A DNA stretch of 52,843 nt, taken from the NCBI GenBank assembly GCA_001724245.1, contig MEDX01000029.1, forward strand, positions 1-52,843, written 5' to 3'. Numbering within the stretch: position 1 is the stretch's first letter; every line of letters begins with the position of its first letter. The notes beneath the pieces are model-generated. The model ran no database searches. It saw only the letters and a list, made by a program, of their open reading frames with translations, and was not told the DNA's origin. This document shows positions 45,107 to 52,843 of the stretch, piece after piece. The position numbers were made by a program, and so were the translations under genes. The DNA comes from Fonticula-like sp. SCN 57-25. Lineage: Eukaryota.

Positions 45107-48100
45107 ATGTAGGGGCGGCGGAACTCCCTGGCCGTCCTGCTCATCGCTGCCGTCCTCGTCGTGCAGGGTGCGTTCGATCGTTTCATCGTGCGATTGCTGA
45201 TCGTGTCGATAGTCGCACAAAGCGTAGACGTGTTTGCGTTTGATTCCACCTACACAAACTCGTCCACTCCTTATGAGAACTATCAAGCGGTCTGTTTCTA
45301 CTCTGATGGGGGGCTGGCAACATGCGAGAACATCTTTGCGTTCACCGACGGCAGCTCGACCGAACCGACGAGCGTCGCCTACTTCAATTTCGACCTTTCT
45401 TCTCGAGCTGTACGTTTTTGGTCATGCCATTCAACTGATACTGACATATTGTCTCGTAGCCCGACCCTTCGCGCTTCTGCGCAACAGGCATTCCGCGGCT
45501 ATACATCAATTTTGGTCGCGACATGAACCCCTCGGGTTTGACAAGCAGTGTCATCGTCGACGTACCAAGGATCCCAGTGTACGCCGGTTTCTTTTGAGGT
45601 CGATATATTGACTTGCGTTGCAGCAACTTTGAGATGGTGACTTGGGATAGTCAGCCTTCACTCGATGATTCCACCGCGCGCGTCGTCGGCGGATACAGCA
45701 TGAATGAGTACGCTTTGCCGGCTCGTGTATCCTTGGCTCACCGCTCCTGTAGCGACGCGATTTTTACATACTACGTAAGTTTGACGGCCGACTTTCTCAA
45801 CACCGCCGTCCGCCAAACGAGCTATGCTGTGCGTTGCGCTCTTCAAGCCGCGCTGCCCTCTTACATTACGTTAGGTCACGGTTCGGAATTTCTACTCGCA
45901 CGCAGCTCGTGTGGGTTGGGAAACCCACGTGCTCGACAAAGGATTAATGAGTCCTTTTTTGTCGTTCAACTACCTTACTTGCGATGCGAACGCGGCGTGT
46001 ACCAATGGCGCATGCGTCTGCAACATGTTCTATTCCGGCTCTGGAACGTCGTGTACCTGTACGCGCCCCCCTCAAATCAAATTGTTGCTAATGTTGCTTT
46101 GCTAGATTCCGCGTGTGAAGGCACATCCATGAGCAACGCTCGCTTCCCCCTCTCGCAGTCTGGCACACTGGTAACCGGCGAATGCGAGGGTGGCTACAGA
46201 GGATCGCCGAAAGCCGTTTGCAACAACGGAGTCTGGGGTGCCGTCTCTGACCCTTGCACAAGTGCGCACACCACGTGACGGCGCGTTTGCTTACATATAT
46301 TCTAGTTTCGGCATGCGCTGCGGACAATTCAGGGTCGGTGGGCAACGCTGTTTACCCGCTCACAAACAGGGACCAGGTCGCCACTGGAACATGCCTTTTC
46401 GGCTATGGAGGTTCGGCTTCTCGCCAATGCGATAGCGATGGCGTGTGGGCGACTTCAGCCTTGACGTCGTGCACTCGCCTGCTTTGCGAGGCGGCTACAA
46501 TGGGCAACGCCTACTTTCCGGTAACAGATAGTTTGACGAGCGGATACGGTACTTGCTTTAACGGCTACTCGGGATCTCCTTCAAGCAGCTGCTCTGCGTC
46601 GGGGACATGGGGCGAAGTTGCCTCGCCTTGCGTTCGTACGTGCCGCTCTTTTTATTAATTGACATCTAATGTTGTTATTTATAGGAAACACGTGTCTTTA
46701 TTTTGCTGATTACGACAACAATGTCGCCTGGCCCCAGACCTCCTCGCTCACTACTGCCGTTGGCACGTGTTCCTCTGGCTTTGAAGGTGCACCTGAGCGC
46801 GAATGCCTGGCATCCGGTGAGTGGTCGTCGCAGATGACTGGTAGGTGTGTTCCTCTCGCGTGCCCCGAGGAATCCTTGTTCCAGAATGCCGCATGGCCAT
46901 CGACGAATGGAGGCTCTTACGGTAATGGCGTTTGTATCGCTGGGTACTTTGGGTCACCGCAGAGACAGTGTCGACTTGACGGCACGTGGTCGTCGACTGT
47001 TTTGCCAATTTGCAATCGTCACTATTGCGCCGCCGTAACGTTTGGAAACGCAGCATGGCCGTCCAACACGCCTTCCATGACAACGGCCACCGGCATGTGC
47101 GTTGCCGGCTATACCGGCACTCCTTCGCGCGCCTGCCAAGCTGACGGCCAATGGGCATCGACGGTGACCAATCCATGTGTGCAAATGTTCTGCCCCTCTT
47201 TCCAAGGAAACAATGCCAATTGGCCGCACGCGCCCGCCTTTTCCCAGTCTGTGCCTGGCGAGTGCGTTTCCGGCTACACCGGCAGCCCCACGCGCGACTG
47301 CAGCGCGTACGGCGATTGGCTCGCGGTGTCAAATCCGTGCACGATTATCCGCTGCGCAGCCGTGACGGAAGGCTTTGCCACGTGGTCGGCCGCCGACGCA
47401 TTTGCCACGATTGCGGGCTCGTGCACGACGGGGTACTATGGCACGCCGCGCCGTACCTGCGGCCCCGACGGGGCTTTTGGCGAGATTGTCAACCCGTGCC
47501 AGCGCATCATGTGCATGGCAGGAGTGGCGGGCGACGCGTCGTGGCCAGCGACTCCTTCTGACACGACCGCGACGGGTGTTTGTGACCCTGGATGGACCGG
47601 ATCGCCGACGCGTGTTTGCGGCGCCACTGGTAACTGGGGAACCGTGACGAATGCGTGCACTCGCATGACGTGCGCCGCCGCCAATGACGCGGTCGCTCAG
47701 GCGCAGTTCCCTGCTGCCAACGCGGGCGACCAATCGGTGGCCGGCACGTGCTACGAAGGCACGTCGGGGTCGCCCTCACGTGACTGCCACCTGGACGGGA
47801 CGTGGTCCGAGACAAACAACCCATGCAGCACCAACCCGTGCCCCGCGCTACTCGACAGCGAGCACGCCAACTGGCCGAGCCCCGATGAGCCCAATACTCT
47901 CGTGACTGGTACCTGCGTCGCTGGCTACGACACATCTCTGCCGCCGCCAAAGCGCATGTGCAATTCAAACGGCCAGTGGTCATCCTCGATCACCAACCCG
48001 TGCCAGCCCATCTACTGCACGGCAAGCACGCCCGGCTACGCTGCCTTTAACGCCCAGTGGCCCGCGCAAGTCCAGGCCGGCACTTCTGCTTCCGGCACCT

Positions 48101-51100
48101 GTGTTGCGGGCTACTCTGGAACGACCTCTCGCGCGTGCTCGCTGGCCGGCGTATGGGGCACGCCGTCGCCGCTCTGCGATGCCATCAAGTGCGCCGCCAT
48201 CAGCAACGACGGCGCGCATAGCTCGTGGCCGCAGACGCAGGCAGGTCAAAGCGCATCGGGTTCGTGTCTTACGGGCTATGAAGGCTCGCCTACTCGCCTC
48301 TGCAGCATGACCGGCCAATGGGAGACCGTCTCGTCGCCCTGTGTTCAGAAGAGGTGCCCTGCCGAGACGGTTTCCAACAGCAACTGGAACGCCACACTCG
48401 GCGGCCTCAGTGCGACTGGCCAGTGCGTCATTGGCTCGACTGGTACTGTGACGCGCGCCTGCTCGGTGGACGGTGTGTGGGGCCCGATCTCTGGCGCGTG
48501 CGTCGATATGGTGTGCCCCGCCGAGACTGTCGACAATGTCGTGTGGCCAGAGGCGCAAAAGGGGACCACCGCCACCGGCTCGTGTGTGATGGGCTACGGC
48601 GGCGAGAGTGCGCCTACGCGCGCGTGCCTCTCGAGCGGCGTTTGGGGCTCTGTAAGCGGCGAGTGCGCGCGCATCCGCTGCCCTGGTGGCACGTACGAGA
48701 ATGCCGTATGGCCCGAGGAGAACTCGATGACAAATGGCGTGCGCGGCACGTGTGTCGCCGGCTGGCAAGGCGCGCCGCTGCGCAACTGCTCTGCTACGGG
48801 CGTCTACTCTGCCGTGGCGAACCCTTGCGTTCAGACGACGTGCGCGGCGCTCGATACAGACGCCGGCGCGTGGCCGCTGACGTTTGCCGGCACCGTGACT
48901 GTTCAAGGCGAGTGCCCCGCCGGCTCGGATGGCGCCCCTGTGCGCGACTGCTTGATCAATGGCACATGGACGGCGGCGACGGGCACTTGCATCGCGCGGT
49001 CGTGCCAGGCCCTTGTTGATGGCCACGTGAGCTGGCCGCTGACGGCTGCTGGCAGCTCTGCGGCTGGCACGTGCGATTCCGGCTACTCTGGCAGCCCCTC
49101 GCGGCGGTGCTCGTCGCTCGGCGAGTGGGAATCGATCGCCAACCCGTGCGTACAGAACGTGTGCCCCGCCGTGGTTGACGGACTCGTGGAATGGCCGCTG
49201 ACGCCCGCCTTGTCTGCGCCTGTCAACGGCACATGCCCTACCGGCTATGCTGGCTCGCCGCAGCGGTCGTGCGATGCGAGCGGCAACTGGGGCGACATTG
49301 TCGGCCCATGTGAGGCGGTGCTGTGCCCAGCTGCTTTATATGATAACGCCGACTGGGATGCGACGGGTGCCGGCCAGGAAACCGTTGGGCAGTGCATCAC
49401 CGGGTACATTGGCACGCCGCGCCGCGTGTGCCTTGCATCTGGCGCATGGAACGCAACGATCAGCTCGCCGTGCACAATCAAGTACGACGACTGTCCGAGC
49501 GAGACGGTCGGTATGACATTTTTCCCGTCGGCTGCGCCCGGCACGAGTGTCGAAGGCAACTGCGCCACTGGCTATCAACCGTCGCCCGACGGCCCGCCGA
49601 CACGTCAGTGCTACGCTAATGGTACTTGGGAGGAGCTCTTTTCTCGCCCGTGTACATTTGGTACGCGCCTTGAAATGACGAACGACAATACTAACTTTTC
49701 CTGTCCAGTACCTGTGTCGAGCGGGATTATCAGCGATTTGCGCTGGACGAGCAAGACATCCAACTCGGTGACACTGGCGTGGTCGGCATCGAATACGACC
49801 CCCAACACCACTTTCCGCGTGGAAGTGGCGTCGCTGACTGGCGCATTTGTAGTGGCCAACTTTGGAAGTGCGTTTTGATACTTTGCATTGCATAGTTACT
49901 GATGTATCTTTAAGGCGCCATCGACCTTGTTAATCGGGAGGTTGTCGTTCTGGGCTTGACGCCAAACACGGCTTTCCAGTTCCGGGTGTCGCATAGCGAG
50001 ATGGGCAGCTACTCTGAGCATGACGCCTTGGTCATCAGCACAACTACATATATCTCACGTGCGTCATCTGCTTATCTTAATTATTGCCTGACACTTTTTT
50101 GCAGCTGTTGGCGGCCTATGGATGGAGGCAGCAACGCCGAATTCGCTGCGACTTGTTTGGACGGCGTCGCCCGAAAGCGATTTTTACCAGGTTTGGTATC
50201 GGTCACTTGGGTCATCGCGCGCCGTTTCGGACGGCTTTACTTTCTTTACACGCCTTTCAAGCGGTGCGCGTGAATTAATACATAAAATGAAATTGACGGC
50301 TGATATTGATGGGCATAGATGCGCAATCGGTTACTGTGACCGGGCTCACAGGCGGTCGTCGGTACGAGGTGCTTGTGCTTGCAGGCCTGGGCACGGAAGC
50401 CGAGCAGGTTGGCGCGCGCATCACAGTTGCGACAGCCGCAACAGCAACAAACGACGATTCTTGTACGTTATTTACACCATTACCAGGCGTATCTAACACG
50501 TTTTTGGTTGTTTAGCGGAAAGCGAAAGCGACAGCAGCAATGCTCCTCAAAATATTGGTCTCTTTATTGGCATTGCAGTTGGCTGCCTTGCTTTCATCGT
50601 GATCATCATATTGACCGTGCTCTATCTGCGTGCTCGTAAGCGCGCGTCCGACAAGCCTGATAAGGACGCTATTGGTAGCATGATGGCGCTGGTACGCTCA
50701 ATAATTGCTGCGCTGCTTTTATATCTAACCAGTGTCTTTGCCACCACAGAACAATTTGAGGTCGTACGATTCGTCGCCAAGCTTTGACGGAAACGGCAGA
50801 GGGGACGACATTGAGACAGCTTCACCGCCCGCACCTCATCATGGCTCCGCACTGCACGGTGACGCTGACATGCCGCAAGATGCGCCGCCCGAATATTCCA
50901 CAGTATTTGTCGCGCCAGCATCAAGCTCTGACCAGACCCCGCCGTTGAACAAGAGAATGTCATTTGATAGCAAGTCGCCGTTTGATAACAAGTCACATAT
51001 CGATAGCAAGTCACCAATCGAGTTCACGTCGACAAGTGCTTCGGCGTCGGCGTCGGCCAATCAGGCGTCAAGGTCAACGACGCTTCCTCGGCAAGCCGTT

Positions 51101-51238
51101 GACGCCGGTGCTTCGTCAGCTCGACTGCCTCCGCCGCTGACTGCGCGGACACCGCTGTCACGATCAAACACACGATCGGCTACGACTGGGGTCAGGCTGC
51201 ATAGCAAAGATGCGGACAAGCCAGGTGACGGTTTATAA
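45107..51238 (+). CDS. Large single-pass surface protein: signal peptide, DNRLRE-like domain, EGF-like, 21 four-Cys HRM/sushi-like repeats, 2 FN3, TM, PPxY tail (codon 2 is TAG)
   Basis: Repeat consensus C..WP.T..G.C..GY.G.P.R.C...G.W....PC; FN3 motifs TSNSVTLAW/LTPNTAFQFRV and TPNSLRLVW/LTGGRRYEVLV; TM IGLFIGIAVGCLAFIVIIILTVLYL. Canonical introns throughout; start anomalous. Confidence 0.8.
50963..51016 (+). repeat. 3 x 18-nt coding repeat (FDSKSP/FDNKSH/IDSKSP) in the receptor tail
   Basis: tttgatagcaagtcgccg tttgataacaagtcacat atcgatagcaagtcacca. Confidence 0.75.
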
Positions 51239-52843
51239 GGAGCGCTTTTAAGGCGCTTTTTTTCTATTGTGACGTTAGTTGTCTGTACCATTACATTGAT
51301 GCATAATTATCCATACTTGGTCTTTGAGAGATTTTTATCACTAGTGATAATCCATGTTATAATATCCATCTTTATTGATAATTGGCATGCGGTGATTAGT
51401 CTGTAACGATCCAGCTCTGTTGCTGGCCTCTATAATACCATTTAGCACCATTATATCCCTATACCATTTCTTGGAGCCCAGCTCGACCACTGCGTGCTTT
51501 CATTTTGCCCTGCATATGGTGCAAAGTGATTGAAATACACTGATCACTTGGCACCGCGATTGCATAATTATAAACAAACCAAAAATTATTGGAACGCAAA
51601 CCAGGTTGTGCGTTCGAGTCCCTCAAAAGCACGGACAGTCGGACACTTTAATTGGCCAACTATCCGGGCTCAAATCCACGAATCTGACAGCCGGACCTGC
51701 TATACTATACTAATATTATACTCTACACTCTTCTACCCATACATAATTATGACAAAACATCGTACTTGTTTATCTATTTCACATTAAAACATGACTGGAC
51801 CTACACTGCCAGTCGTTCCTTTTCCGCCAACCGCGCCTCGAGCATTCCGTGCTGATCTGGAAGCGCATCATGCGCAGAGGCAGAATGCCAGAAAGAGGTC
51901 AGAGCGCTTCCGCACGCAAGCCATGGCCACGAACGCCAGCGCAGGGGCGTGTAAAGGGTTCAGGTACATGACGATTACGTCGAGCGTCTGCCCTCGGCTT
52001 TTGTAATGGTGAACACCCACTCCAGCGGCGCAGCGCCAGCAAACCTTTCCGCAGGTGAAAACATCACCATCAGACAAGCTCAGCAACCGCTGCACCTCCT
52101 CTATGCTCGGAATTGTCAGACATTGTGGTTCAGGTAATGCCACATGGCCATTTACAGACCACCTACTCTCGCGTGGCGCCGGGCGCGCGCGACGCGTGAA
52201 ATAGTGAACAGCGATTGCGCGCGAGGACGCCAGTTACGCTGCAAACAGTTTTAATGGTCGCTGAAATGTACGCGCGTGCGTGAATAGGGTAATTGAATAT
52301 ATGAATCACCTGGATAGGAGGTGGGGTACAGATGGCGACCATCAATGCGTCTTCACCCACCGAGCCGCCCAGCGGCCCGGGCCTGCACGCGACTCAAAGG
52401 CGCGCGCTGCGCCGCTGGCCGCGCGCGCAACTTTGTAAGAATTGTGTCGAGTGCAAGCATGCCAGCCGCTCCATATGTTGTGCTTATTCATATACACCAA
52501 TGCCGCTTCCTGCCATCAGTCGAGCGTGCCCATCCTAGCCACAGAATCCCAGATCGGTGCCACAGAACGAAATCCGCCGCGGTCAATCTACTATAAAGAA
52601 CCATGTAGGCTATGTGGCGCCAGGCATTGTTGTGTATGGCGACGATCCGTTTGTGTGCGGTGCTCGTTGGTGCTAGATCGGCGGCAGGGTAGGGTGCTCG
52701 TCACCGTGCTCGGCGGCGCGGCGCAGGTTTGGCGTCTTTTGGGGCACGGTGCGCTCACCTATGATCATCCGGCCACGTGGTTCAATTTCCAAAGTGAACT
52801 GATCAGATCGAGTCAGTTTGTACCCGGCGACGAGCGGATGTCG

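Noticed and set aside
44724-45112. Genome-wide TAG reassignment suggested by two in-frame TAGs
   Set aside because: TAG terminates ODC, TPK1, MED31, VAC8, UBE2O and others at expected positions.
45727-45734. Perfect U12 donor GTATCCTT
   Set aside because: It lies inside a canonical 45-nt GTACGC..GCTCAC..TAG intron, only 26 nt from the acceptor and without a U12 branch.
1-52843. CRISPR arrays, tRNA/rRNA genes, transposase or RT genes
   Set aside because: None recognised; the locus is eukaryotic with spliceosomal introns.

Overview
This is a gene-dense, GC-rich eukaryotic window, not a prokaryotic one. It holds about 25 protein-coding genes with short spliceosomal introns (mostly about 40-60 nt; GTRCG/GTATG donors, CTRAC-like branch, YAG acceptors), arranged largely as head-to-head pairs with very short promoters. 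Recognisable genes: LDAH, MRPL22, YOS1/IER3IP1, TRM8/METTL1, a glycosyltransferase-like protein, a HECT E3, BABAM2/BRE, UTP18, ODC, a bZIP-like factor, UBE2O, UTP23, MRPS10, TPK1, ENDOV, a Slob/PXK-like pseudokinase, VAC8, HSD17B10, MED31, a giant coiled-coil protein, an MFSD10-like transporter, tafazzin, NELF-B and a large surface receptor. The mix of VAC8, NELF-B and BRE suggests a unicellular opisthokont-like protist (inference). Most notable observations: (1) an AT-AC minor (U12-type) intron in UTP23 with a deviant donor; (2) a second non-GT-AG intron candidate in NELF-B; (3) a receptor with a DNRLRE-like domain, EGF, 21 HRM/sushi-like repeats, 2 FN3 and a TM, whose apparent start codon is directly followed by TAG; (4) a CHHC-like zinc finger/PUF-like/Tudor protein; (5) a TATA-driven, spliced, structured orphan transcript; (6) E-box motifs in ultra-short promoters; (7) a shuffled tandem array of ATGA-overlapping small membrane-protein ORFs at the window start. 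CDS coordinates include introns and were assembled by eye; family assignments come from remembered motifs, not database searches.
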